The notes under the pieces were generated by a model, which worked only from the letters and a program-made list of their open reading frames with translations, was not told where the DNA came from and did no database searches. From Ruditapes philippinarum (Eukaryota), in NCBI RefSeq assembly GCF_026571515.1, contig NW_026851848.1, positions 62,001 through 126,000 of the forward strand: a DNA stretch of 64,000 nt, written 5' to 3'. The position numbers were made by a program, and so were the translations under genes. This document shows, piece by piece, positions 49,866 to 61,760 of the stretch (position 1 is the stretch's first letter; the number at the start of each line of letters is the position of its first letter).

Positions 49866-52800
49866 TTAAACTTGATATGGTGGTGGAGCCGTGTATGGGC
49901 CAACGTTTTCCGGATATGGTGCAGTGCTAGGCGGATATGGGTTTGTGTCCGGAATTGTCTGATAGTTAGGTCCTGAAAGAAAAAATAAATTGATTATCAC
50001 ACGTTTCCACGATTGTTAATTATTTCTTAAAGGGACACCACTGATGTTTTTTGACATTAATTTTTCAAGATAAGTGTTTCATTTCATGTAGGTCCAGACC
50101 AGTAACTTATATATACAAAATTCCAAACAATTCACTCACTCCGTTTTTCCAGATAATTATTCTTATTGTGAAAAATAACCGAAAATTCATTTTGGGGCTA
50201 TTTTTAACATGAAAAATGATTATTCGTGAAAAACATGATGATGGAATAAGTTAAAAATTGCATACTTTTTTTGTTTGTTTTGTTTTGGGTTTTACGTCAC
50301 ATCGACAAAGTATAGGTCATATCGCGACGTTCCAGCTTTACTGGTGGAGGAAGACTTTAGGTGCCCTTCCGTGCATTATTTCAGGCACCTGAGTAGAACC
50401 ACCGACGTTCCGTAAGCTAGCTGGATAGCTTCCTCACATGAAAGAATCCAAAGTCCCTGTCGGGATTCGAACCCACAGCGGTGAGGGGCAAGTGGTTTGA
50501 AGTCAACGACCTTAACCACTCGGCCACGGACGCCCCCAAAAATTGCATACAAGTTATTGGATAAGACATATATCAATTGTTATACAAATTAGTACACAAA
50601 TCTCGGAAAATATACAAGTTATTGGATAAGACATATATCAATTGTTATACAAATTAGTACACAAATCTCGGAAAATATACAAGTTATTGGATAAGACATA
50701 TATCAATTGTTATACAAATTAGTACACAAATCTCGGAAAATATATTTCGGCTGCGTCATGTCTAAAAAAGTCAGTGGAGACCCTTTAAAGCAAGGAGGAA
50801 ACTAAAAGCTACTTTATAAGTTCATGTCTGTCCGTAAATCATGTATTAATTGCTCCTTTTAATTGTTTTGCTGTTTTAAGTTATTTACAGCAGTAAGAAT
50901 TAAAAGAAGCAGTCGCTAATTTCCATTCTAGCAAATAACTTAATAAAAAATAGATTTCGATTTTTTTGATGAACAACAGAGAGTCAGAAGAACAATGCCG
51001 AACAGTTCGGTAAAATAAACTGCACGCTAGAGTTCGGAAACAGCCGACTTATTATTATACTAAAGACCTCTGATTCATATACAGACCTGGGTGATGGGTT
51101 GTTATCACTGTACCCTGTGTCCTATATTGATGCACGGGACAGCACGCACAACAGCAGCACGTGATAATTGATCCAACGATGATAACAAATGCAAGGCAAC
51201 CTATGACGGCGCCAACAATAGTTTCGGTTTTGCTGCAAAATAAATATAAATAAAACAGCCTATGGCAATGATGATATATATTTTTGTCATTTTCAGGGTT
51301 TTTTTAAGTAAGAAAAAAAATTGTATACTTTCTTTGAAAAGAACCTCGTTTGGTACTTCTTTAGACAAAACCAACACAATGGGTTTGTGACCAGCATGAA
51401 TCCAGACCAGCCTGCGCATCCGCGCAGTCTGATCAGGATCCATGGTGTTCGCTATTTGTTTCTCTACTTGTTATACGCTTTGTAAGCGAACAACATGGAT
51501 CCTGATCAGACTGCGCGGATGCGCAGGATGGTCTGGATCCATGCTGGTCGCAAACTCACTATGTTGGTTTTGTCGTTGCGCGGCTCAAATGTATTATACA
51601 TATTCGAGACGACAGACGATTCATTAGACATAAATTCGATAAATTTAGTTATGTCCGATCCCCTTACCAGTAATGCTTTTGTAAATAATTTGTTCTTAGT
51701 TCACAAGGTATAACAAATGGAAATCATCTTCGAGTGCATTACACTCTGTACATTTTCTTTCGTTCGTTTTTTTTTTTTAAATTTGCTTGGTTCATGTCAT
51801 CTCTCTTAACCTGTGCAGAAATTTTAACCTCGTTAATGCTATTCTAAAGTATATAATTCTAGTCAGACAATTGGGGGAGTGGGGGCCTAGTGGTTAAGGT
51901 GTTTGCCTCTTAAATCGGTGATCATGCGTTCGAGCCTTACTCGTTGTAACGATCACGTTTCCTCACCTCACTTGTCACCACTACTGGTTGATTCCTGGAA
52001 GCGGATTCGTATAAGTGATTAATATAAGTTGTAAGAAATCGTTTCGCTAAGTAAATATCTTTAATAAAGAAGTTGTAATAACTGATACTGAAAATGCCCT
52101 TACGTGCAGCAATATTGGTTATTATAAGAACCACAGCAGGCACTGTTTTGACAGTAGAAGTAATGTATTCCATCATAGTCATTCCTGTGACACATGCTGC
52201 ATTCTGTCAGTGCTACCAAACAAGCTGAAAAATAAAGAAACTCATTTACCATAATAGACAAATCTGAATGCTGCACAAGTACAGTGTAGTTCAGATTAAC
52301 GGAACTTTTAAAGCATATTTGTGTCAGCTTTTTCTGCTGTATGTCAACCATCGTAAGGTATATTTTCTACTAAACCAGAGAATGGATTTTGACCAATTTC
52401 TATCTAATTATTGTCCTCACTAGCTTCTATCTATTGCATAATTAGGCAATTAGGTAGATTCCGGTTATATTTAGGAAATAGATATCAATTCTGGGTGTAT
52501 TGTTGTAGAACGCATTTGAACGAAAAACGTGCATTATTATACAATAATGCACGAAGAATTAATATCTATTTCCATTCTAACACGTCAAGAAAAAGTATAA
52601 ACGGCGAGTGCATTGTTGTAGAATAATGCACGCTCCCGGCCTTCTTTGTCTATATAGGAAAATTTCCGATAGTGTTAGAAGTGTTGTTATAATCACACTT
52701 TAACTGGTTCATTTTTCATAGAAAGAATTCATGTTTACAATCATGCAGGTCAGTTTTGTTGGTTACCTTGCTTTTTATTTTTCGAAAGTCTCCTATTTCC

Positions 52801-53308
52801 GAATTTTCCTTTTATAAAGGTATGTGGTTTACTCTTTTAAAACTAGATAACCACAAAAAAGTAAGCATATTGTTTGTTTTGATCCACACATGAAGTAGGA
52901 TACTAGTATTTTATACAAATTACATGTATACATAAATATCAAGAAACTTCATAAATCTATTTACAGCTGGGTGCGACCAGATGAGCCAAAACTATTTTCA
53001 GAAAATCAAACTTGAGAACTTAAATATTCAATGATTTTAAGAAAAATAAAAATATTCAAGAAATAATTTACATTTTATGTGCGATATATGACTGATTCTG
53101 CAACATTCATGCATTTCTAATGCGTGACTTAAGAATATTCACTTCACAATATTCTACTTTTAAATACATTTTCAAAGTTTGCATGAAAATTAGTATAAAT
53201 CTGGAGGCGTGCTGCTTTAAGGAATAATGTAAAGAACAACATATAGAACATTATAAATCGTTTACCCAAAGTATAAAAGATCAAAATCCACCATAACGAA
53301 ATAGACAT
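49866..53308 (-). CDS. Shisa-like (Shisa/VOPP1/CYYR1 type) single-pass protein, paralog A, 138 aa, 4 exons
   Basis: Exons 53308-53266, 52224-52104, 51232-51087, 49972-49866. Signal peptide; MCHRND...YCQNSACCGSYNNQYCC ectodomain; TM followed by CCCCACCP; Pro/Tyr tail ending PPPY; phases consistent. Confidence 0.9.
50031..50784. mobile_element. TTAA-flanked (Kolobok-like) MITE with a nested SINE and a 3x65-bp tandem duplication
   Basis: TTAA|AGGGACACCACTGA...TCAGTGGAGACCCT|TTAA; perfect 65-bp triplet at 50547-50741. Confidence 0.75.
50268..50536 (-). mobile_element. Full-length tRNA-derived SINE (resembles bivalve Meta-domain SINEs)
   Basis: A-box TGGCCGAGTGG, B-box GGTTCGAATCC, conserved body, (AAAC)n tail; three other copies in the window. 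Confidence 0.88.
51364..51586. mobile_element. Palindromic MITE (Sola2-like), copy 4, left end truncated
   Basis: Same family; source of the spurious [11 protein letters not shown] ORFs. Confidence 0.85.
51878..52030 (+). mobile_element. tRNA-derived SINE (family of 33162)
   Basis: GGCCTAGTGGTTAAGG A-box and GTTCGAGCC B-box. Confidence 0.65.
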
Positions 53309-53759
53309 TTTGTAATTATTAGTTTTCAAATAATGTATACATGTAAAACACAATACAAATTTATCTGTTTATCCAAGTCAACAGGATATCAAAATATAAC
53401 GAGAACCGGAAATGAGCAATTTTCACGTGAAATCAGTTAACGCGTCACAAGACCAGTCAAAATTTTGTTTATTGTTGTTCATAGAAAATAAACACATAAA
53501 CACTCCAGGAAAATGTAAAATATACTGACTGAAGCTGCAATTTTGATACTCAACGGTTTGAAGGTTTTTTAAAAACTTGATTGTAAGTTGTAAGTCATGA
53601 AGTATAAGAGGAAGTTGGATATTTAAGCGGAAATCTAAACGGAAAATACAAATTAGAATGAAGATAAACAAATAATTGATTATACGCAAATTCATTTATT
53701 ATCTAGCATAAAATTTACAAAATTAACTGTTGCTATTTTAATTCACGAGCTTTGGTGGG

Positions 53760-56700
53760 ATGTTAGTTTTTAGTGTTATTCTATTTCTTGTACAATTTGG
53801 TAAGGGTTTTGTGTGTTATTTCTTTATTTCAAGATCAAGGCAAAAAAATAACCTTATATAAATATTATGTTATCTTACCACATGGTTATATAAAAATATA
53901 GGGTTTTCTTACCACAGCTTATAAAAGGATATGTTTTCTTACCACAGGATTATATAAAATATAGGGTTGTCTTACCACAGGTTGTATTAAAGATTATGTT
54001 ATCTTACCACACGGTTATATAAAAGGATATGTTATATTACCACAGGGTTATAAACAAGGATATGTTATCTTACCACACGGTTATATAAAAGGATATGTTA
54101 TCTTACCACAGGTTACATAAAAGGAGAATACAGTTGTCCGTACCGAGACAAATTTGGAAAACTAAAAACTCGGCTTTGTGACACCGGATGCTGTGGGACA
54201 ATTCACAATACTTTCTGCTGTCACAATAAGTATGATTGTTTTCAATCTTACTTCTTTTAAAATATACATACTTAGTCTTTTAGATAAAACACAATCAGTG
54301 TTGATATTTTCAAGGTCTGATTTGTTTCTCCTTTAATTTAAAAATATCAAACAAATGTATAGATATTAAAGTTTTAAGCCTAAGATGCTATTAATTATTA
54401 TTGTTTCAAAAAAGTTCATGGTCTGCCATAAAACTGCACAATCTTTTGCGTCTGTAGCATATTAGCAATTAGCAATGATTTTTTACTGGATTTAAATCAA
54501 ACTTTTTCTTTTGGCTTTCAGAAATATTATTTATATCTAACTCATTATACTATATATTATCTAACTAAAGATTTTATTTCAGATATCTTGCTGAGATTAT
54601 ATTTGGGAGTATTGTCGGTTTTTTGCTCCTCGTTGTGGTTGTTGTTGTCATTATACACTGCTGTTATAGAAGAAAATATTTACATAAAACAGAATTCCTC
54701 CGTGGTACGTATTATCTGTATTTATAATCCGGATATAATTTTCATTTCTAAATCAGAAATGTTAAACAATTTATCATATCTTCAAAATGGAGTCTTTAGA
54801 ATTTAAAGGGGAGATAAGCGACGACGCATTCCATTGACTTGCTATTAAAGGAACTCCACAGAAGCATAAAACACCAATAAATATGACACTAACTAAATCA
54901 GGCAATTTTCTTAATATCTCAATATTATTAGTTATACAAGGGTAGGGTCTTCTACGTCCTTTCAGTGCTTTGATTCTACCCAAGTTTATATTTAATGTCA
55001 TAACTTAGCCAACTCTTTATATATTTCTAAAATCTTATATATATAGTCTCGATCAATGCAGTATATAGATATATGTATGCAATGAAATCTTCCATATTAA
55101 GCAGTGTTCGATAATTTGTTTTATACGAACAACAAAAAAAGCCGGTAACTTGAAAATTGACACTATATTTTATTCACGTAAACATTGATATGTCTACAAC
55201 TGAATTGCTAAAAGGAGACATAAAGGAGCCATACTCGTAGGTGCGTAAAAAGCCATTGCATCTGTAAAACTAAACAACCGATGTCACTCACCTCCAAATC
55301 TATTTTATACCGCAGATATCAATGTAAAAATTTACGCTTCGGAGAAGGATCCATATTTGAAATTTTTGCTCTAATCTTAATTTTGCTATTTAAATTTGAA
55401 TTATTCATTTGTTTTGTTTATTCATGTAAGTCAATTCAACACGTAGAACTAAATTGGGTTTCAGGTTGTTTACTTTTCTTTACTTTACTTTACTTATATC
55501 TGTAAGCTTTCCATAAAGAGGATATTGAATGAGTGTTAGTTCAATACTGTATTCATTGAACGAGTTGAATAAATTTATATTATGTGAGCCTCTGGTGAGC
55601 ATGCTATTATTTTATTCAACGAGTTTAATAAATTCAGTAATGAACTTACACGAATTTAATATTCTATTTATCACAAACCATAACTACAGACCGTTTAAAG
55701 TGAAAAAAGCGTCATTTTTCATTGACGCGCCTATAGTATAACGCTGACATTTAGCGCGTCGTTACGCTATATTTGTATTAGGCAAATGACGTCACGACAA
55801 AATATATGCACGGCCGTGCAATACCATATTTACGGAGTCGCAAAATCGTCACGGGTGTGTGATAAATATAATTATAGTATAGTACGTACATTTGCCATAG
55901 TGAATTTAATCATTACGTCGTTGCAGCAACAAGAAACTATGGAACTATAAACGTTACAACAGAAAACGTAGAAGGTGACAATAATACTATAGACACCGCT
56001 GAAGTTCATTTACCAGACAATAAGGACGTGGTACCTGAGGTAGAAATTACTGTGACACCGGCATCACCACAAAAGGGCGTGCAAACTTTTACTGGCTAAA
56101 CCTCTTAACTATCATCTAAAGAGAAAAACATCGAAGAGGTTTTATATGAAAAGGTCAAAATTTTATCATTAAAAGCATGTTGTTGTTGTTTTTTTTTCAA
56201 CGATAAAATAAATGGAAGGGAAATGTCAAAAATGATTTACCACCATAGATATTTTTATCTAAATTCGGAAAAAAATCAAATAATTTTATCAAAATTATCA
56301 TAAATTCAGTTTTTTAATACATGCATATGAAGTTGGATAATATAAAAAAAAACAATTTTATTTTATAAAACAGATGGGGAACGAGAACAAGCCAGCAGGT
56401 CGCATTTACGACGATGTTCAACCTTATCAACCAGACTATCCTGCCGGTCGAGTAACGCCTTATGACCCGGACATTCGTCCTGACAACCAACCGTATTATC
56501 CTGACAACCAACCGTATTATCCTGACAACCAACCGTATCCTGATAATCGACCATTTGATCCAGATTTGAAGCCATTCGATCCAAACGTGGGACCGTATAA
56601 TCCAGATAATCAACCGTATAATCCGGATATTCAGCCATACAACCCAGACACTCCGTACATTCCGGATGATCAACCGTATCGACCAGATAATCAACCTTAT

Positions 56701-56880
56701 ATCCCGGACAATGAGCCGTATCGACCGGATATTCAACCGTACTATCCTGACGTTCAGCCATACCCAGATCCTAACCCTGCAGGTATGGTTGACGACGATC
56801 TATCGCCGTACGATCCGGACATCGAGCCATATTCAGACGACCAACCTTATTCTGGAAGCTCCGATACTCAGCCGTACTAA
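53760..56880 (+). CDS. Shisa/VOPP1/CYYR1-like single-pass protein, paralog C, probably ending in a QPYxPD-repeat tail exon
   Basis: Exons 53760-53799 (MLVFSVILFLVQFG), 54112-54229 (EYSCPY...LCDTGCCGTIHNTFCCH), 54583-54704 (TM, same 122-nt length as in paralog B); probable 55927-~56039 and 56374-56880; the last two junctions are less certain. Confidence 0.72.
53866..54125 (+). repeat. ~29-33-bp minisatellite built from the intron/exon-2 acceptor junction (TATGTTATCTTACCACAGGTTATATAAAAGGA), ~8 units
   Basis: The last unit contains the inferred CAG|G acceptor at 54111/54112. Confidence 0.85.
56374..56880 (+). CDS. Pro/Tyr/Asp-rich heptad-repeat exon (QPYxPD[N/I/D])
   Basis: 168-aa open frame with synonymous codon variation between repeats; preceded by an ...ACAG acceptor. 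Confidence 0.8.
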   Translation: MGNENKPAGRIYDDVQPYQPDYPAGRVTPYDPDIRPDNQPYYPDNQPYYPDNQPYPDNRPFDPDLKPFDPNVGPYNPDNQPYNPDIQPYNPDTPYIPDDQPYRPDNQPYIPDNEPYRPDIQPYYPDVQPYPDPNPAGMVDDDLSPYDPDIEPYSDDQPYSGSSDTQPY

Positions 56881-59169
56881 CCATAACGTTCTTTATTAAT
56901 AGATTATGTATAAAATGAGTGTTTTAATTTTACTCATGAAATAATATCTTTCCATCTCTTTAAATCATATTATAATTATCTGTATTTGCATTTACTTGAA
57001 GTAACGAACTGGGACACGTAAGTCAATGATGCAACCTGCACATGTTTTTGTTCATAAATCGAGTAGAAAAATTATTCGGCAATCATATATTTTCTCCTCA
57101 GTGGTGACTTAAAAAACAGATAAAAGTTCCTTGAATCAATATAGCCGAAGTCATTGATTATTGAAACTTTATGTTTGGCATCTTTTCTAACTTTAGCATA
57201 GTAAAAGTACACAATGTATGGCATCTTTTGATACTTTAACATAATCAAACGTTCAAATTGAGTAATTGCTACACAATCAGCAAAAGCGTCCTCTGTTTCT
57301 TTCTGTACTGGTATCCTGTGTTAGATTCCTTTTTTTTTACATATTGGCATATTTTGGTATGTATATCTCTAAGAAATCATGCACGTGGTGAATAATGGAC
57401 AATATTTTAAAGAATTTTGTTCTGGTTTGGAAGAGGAACTTTTATCTTTCATGAATGGATTTTTATATGACATTTGACATTTGAACATGTGCCGTTTTAT
57501 TGTAGACGTATGACGAACAATTTGGTTTGCTACACCAACAACACATGCAAATTGTATTAGAAAAACAACTAAGTCTTATGAAGGCCTTCGTACTATAAAT
57601 CATAAAATATACAAAGAAATGAATTGTTACTCGTATTTTTGTGTTTTTCTTCGCCAATTTGAATGAAAAGCGTTGAAACGCTTTTCAAATTTAGGTCATT
57701 TTTTCACAATTAGAATGAGTATCACTAGAAAAAGGGGGTGTGCGAATGATCTGAAATTATGCTCACAACTTATTGGTGTACAGCAGACCTACAGCAAATG
57801 GAACATTAATCTCAAAAACTTGTCCATTCCCGTCATGTCAAACCTCAGTGTCCCTTTCAAGGAGTTTCGGCTACTATAGACTATACGTCACTATAGTATT
57901 TTAAACAGAGAAAGCACAGGCAGTCGGTGCTTGACTTGGATAGTGCACATGTACATGACCACACCCACTTAATTTTATAAATAAAATATTTTTTTTCACT
58001 AATAAATTTTTTTTTACTCTCAAAATGTTTTTAAATCATTTTTTTCAATAAAACAACAAAGGAAAGTTGTTTTTAAAAATTTCATCCATATATATATACT
58101 ATAAATATAGTAAAGGTAGAAAGGTTCGCCAGCGGACCTACCACCAGGCCTTATTTTACCTCTCAGATCTTTGTTAATTGTCAACCAATTTTCACCAAAT
58201 AGGAAGGCACCATCACTAACTTCTTAAATTTCCCGACATTGCATGTATACAAATCCTGATCCTGATCCGGATATTCAAAGTACGCATGCCCGGTTTCCCG
58301 CTGTTACCAAGCTTCGCTCAATCTTTAAGGTAGCACTCCACACTAAATTTCAAGTTTCTGCCGTCAATGTCCTACAAGCAATATGTCTGATAAATCTGAT
58401 CCCAAACTACACAACCTGGAAAAAGAAAACACATTTTGTTAAGAACATATATGTCATAATATTGCAAATCTGTAATGAAATCATCCCATGTGCAACAGTC
58501 AGGCAGTTAAAAAAATTCCAATTCATTCCGTAAAAGCCAAAAATCTATAGTGATCCGAGACCCGAAACAACATTTTTCGTCCCTCCGGTAAAAAATACCT
58601 GCAAATATACGGACTACAGAAACTCTGTCACTAGTTGCTTTAGCAACTCCCTATGCATGCAAACTATCACAAAGAAATAGGTGCTTGGCCTTGTAGATTT
58701 TTTGCTATTGCTGAAAGTTTGTACCCCCCTGTAAAATTACTTGTTTTCACCGGGCATGCTGTTTAAAAGCAATGTTTACAAACAATGGCGGCCTTGACAT
58801 CTATAATAAACAGCATGTTATTTCTAAACATGTTTTCGAATTTGCCAATGATCATATTACATGTTACAAAAACAAATTTCATGCTGAAAATGCATTTTAA
58901 AGACAACCAGTCATTTAAATCCACAATAGTCACTATATCCATGAAATCCTCCCCTGGCCATTCGAAGCTGTGGCTTCATTTAGTGTGGTGTGCTGCCTTA
59001 CTATGCGTAAAGGGGTACACATCAGGTATATCCGACCCATAAGTGAGGTAAATTTCACAGCGCAATTGGGGTCAAACGCACTTTAGGGTCAAAATCGAGA
59101 AAATTGACCCCAAAGCAGTTAATATGCTACATATTAACGCACTTAGGGTTCCAGCGTTCCGAAGGTGTG

Positions 59170-59481
59170 TGTGTGTGTGTATTTGCGTTTATTTATACTC
59201 GCCACCGGTTGCCCATATGGGCGAGTCCTCCAGAAGAGTATTAGTCATTTTAGATTTTTGGAGGATAGTGCAATTACAGATACAGAAAGATGCCCCAATT
59301 CCAGAAGCTTCTCCTGGTTCTTTAGCGTGCCAAGTGTTTAAGCACCCATACACGGGACCTCGATTTAAAGTCTCATCCGAAAGACTGATTAGTAATTTTA
59401 GTTGGCCAGCCCGGGAATCGAACCCACAATGTCGAGATTACAAGTCTCGCGCTCTAACCGATTGAGCTATGCGGGCTGGCT
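59170..59481 (-). mobile_element. Full-length V-domain-like SINE with tRNA-Thr(TGT)-like head and (CA)n tail
   Basis: 14-bp TSD GTTCCGAAGGTGTG (59156-59169, 59482-59495); TAGCTCAATCGG, GGTTCGATTCC, GTCTTTCGGATGAGAC. Confidence 0.88.
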
Positions 59482-61760
59482 GTTCCGAAGGTGTGAACTG
59501 AGTTCTGCTTATATACCGAGTACTGACTCATCTTCAAGTTGCGACATGAACATATTTGAGGTGAAGTCAATTGTTTCACTTGAACTTTTTAAAAAACTGA
59601 CCATAATATAGTTAACTTACTAAAATATGTGATGGCCGGTTGCGGCCATTTCAAACCCACGAGAACCCATAAAATGTCCGCCATTGGCTACCTAAAGTAG
59701 GTATATCTTTATATGGCTTAGTCTACCTTAGTCTACTATGTAGACAAGAAAGGGCGCAGAGGGGCCAGATAAAAAAGTAAAAAAAAAATGCTTTCACTGA
59801 TGCCTACCTGGTAAGGAAAGTAATTCCAAGACTTACAAGACTTGTAAATGTAATATGACATGACAGTAATGCAACAGTGTTCTGTTTGTGTCGCTACTGT
59901 AGTAAGTTATATTAGATGATAAAAATATCAGAGCATGTACATTTTCTTTTTCACCTATAATATACTAATTTTCTACAAATTTAAAAATTCATATGTCAAT
60001 AAGCAAAAAACAAAGACTTTCATCGACTTAAATTTTCAAAATGTCCTTAGCATGTTTCGCGGCAAATGGTATAGCATGATATAACAAGTAAAGCATTGAT
60101 GCAAAGCACCAAAGGGCGTCCAAGCAAGCAATGCAGCAAATGACGATGAACTAGTAGTCACGTGATGACCAGATATTCTTAGAAAATTTAAAATGGTTAA
60201 TAAATTTTACCAGCATTGTATATCATAGATAAATGGAGGACAAAAGACATTGTTCATCATGAACTTTGGTGGGCTTGCAAGAGATAAGAATATTAAATGC
60301 ATTTTCTTTGGAAAATCTGTTTTATTATTATTATAATTGTAACAAATATACAAATACATGTAGCAACAAAAGGGACTAATATAGTTATATTACATGCATT
60401 TTTCATGTCAAATTAAAACAACAATTTCTATTTATTTCTGGGATTTAAGATACAGTAGTTATATTTCAAGTCCCAGATAAATACTGAAAGTAAAGCACAC
60501 ACTGGAATGAAAAATTTGGGATGAATTTCAAAAAGACCAAATGAATTTTTGTTTGTTATACACGTTATATGATGAAACATTATTTATCAATTTGATCAAT
60601 AGTATGAGGAAATTCACTAACATTATGTTCGTGCGAGTCAAAGATATAAAAGCTACTTGACATTGGTGATAAATAAAGAGTTATTGTTAATTGATTTATT
60701 GGGAGATAATTTTGTTGAATTGTTTCAAAATCCTCGTCTAGCACATCAGTGTGTTTACATTCCTATCAATAAACCCATAACACCTCATGTTCAAATTGCA
60801 GACGAAAGTTTCTGTTGTTAAAATGTCACAGTATTCGGCATTTCAATATTCTACTCAAACCACCATATAATCGATTGCCTTCAAACAATATAGAATCAAC
60901 TTCTTACAGCAAAAATTCGGGAAATCAGGGTCGATTTAAATATTACTTTAAAAATGTCAAGGAGCTATTTATTTACCGGAAAGAACCTACGGAAAAGACA
61001 ATTATAAAATAACAATACTATGGCATAATTCGTAAAAATTGTCTACTTAATTTTTTTCTATAAATTAATAAAGAGTGCAATTTATAGTTGAATATGTTTG
61101 CATTTCATTTCATTCAAAATTCTCCATTTCGTTATTTATTACAATATCGCGATACGAATGACCGTTTCGTTTAGACTAAACAACTTCTCTAAATAGATTT
61201 TCAGACTTTCTCAATGTTAGATTTCGAATTCATGTACTGCAATAAAATATATACATTACACACTGTGTACTACAAAATAATAAGTAATTTCCTGTAGAAG
61301 ATACAAATGTAAGAAATAAATTACCGAATTTTTAAGAGTATTTTTTGTTTCGTCTCTTATACTGCCTTCCCCGTTCTCTTTCATTAATACGACATGCTGC
61401 AAATCACCGAATGGGAAACCAATATATGACTTAACATAATAGAAATCGGAAGGAATTCTTGATTCCGAATTTATTTTTAGCTGTAAATCGAAGGGATCAA
61501 TTGATAAAAATCGGGTCCATGGACCAAAAGGTAGTAAGCACAAATAGCTCCGCGACATACATGCACATATTTTAGTAATGAACAACACGTTGATTTTTTA
61601 ACGCTTTTTACAAACTTTGAAAGACATACATTTTATTTGTAGTATTTATAAAGTTGCATGAATTAAAAAAAGAATGCTCAACTTTTGATATTGTTATTTA
61701 CACTGATGACTTATCGTGATTTATTTATTGTTAAAGATGATAATGTCAAAATGCATGTCT

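Noticed and set aside
31647-51713. ORFs beginning [18 protein letters not shown] (31647, 34794, 51201, 51442, 51495)
   Set aside because: Translations of the palindromic MITE, not genes.
56314-56899. Overlapping ORFs 56314-56736(-), 56363-56761(-) and 56666-56899(+)
   Set aside because: Shadow frames of the 21-bp-period repeat exon.
59403-59481. tRNA-Thr gene; also tRNA-like sequences at 981, 40150, 50450 and 51880
   Set aside because: Each continues into a SINE-like body (with a tail and TSD at 59170-59481) or has broken stems; these are SINE heads.
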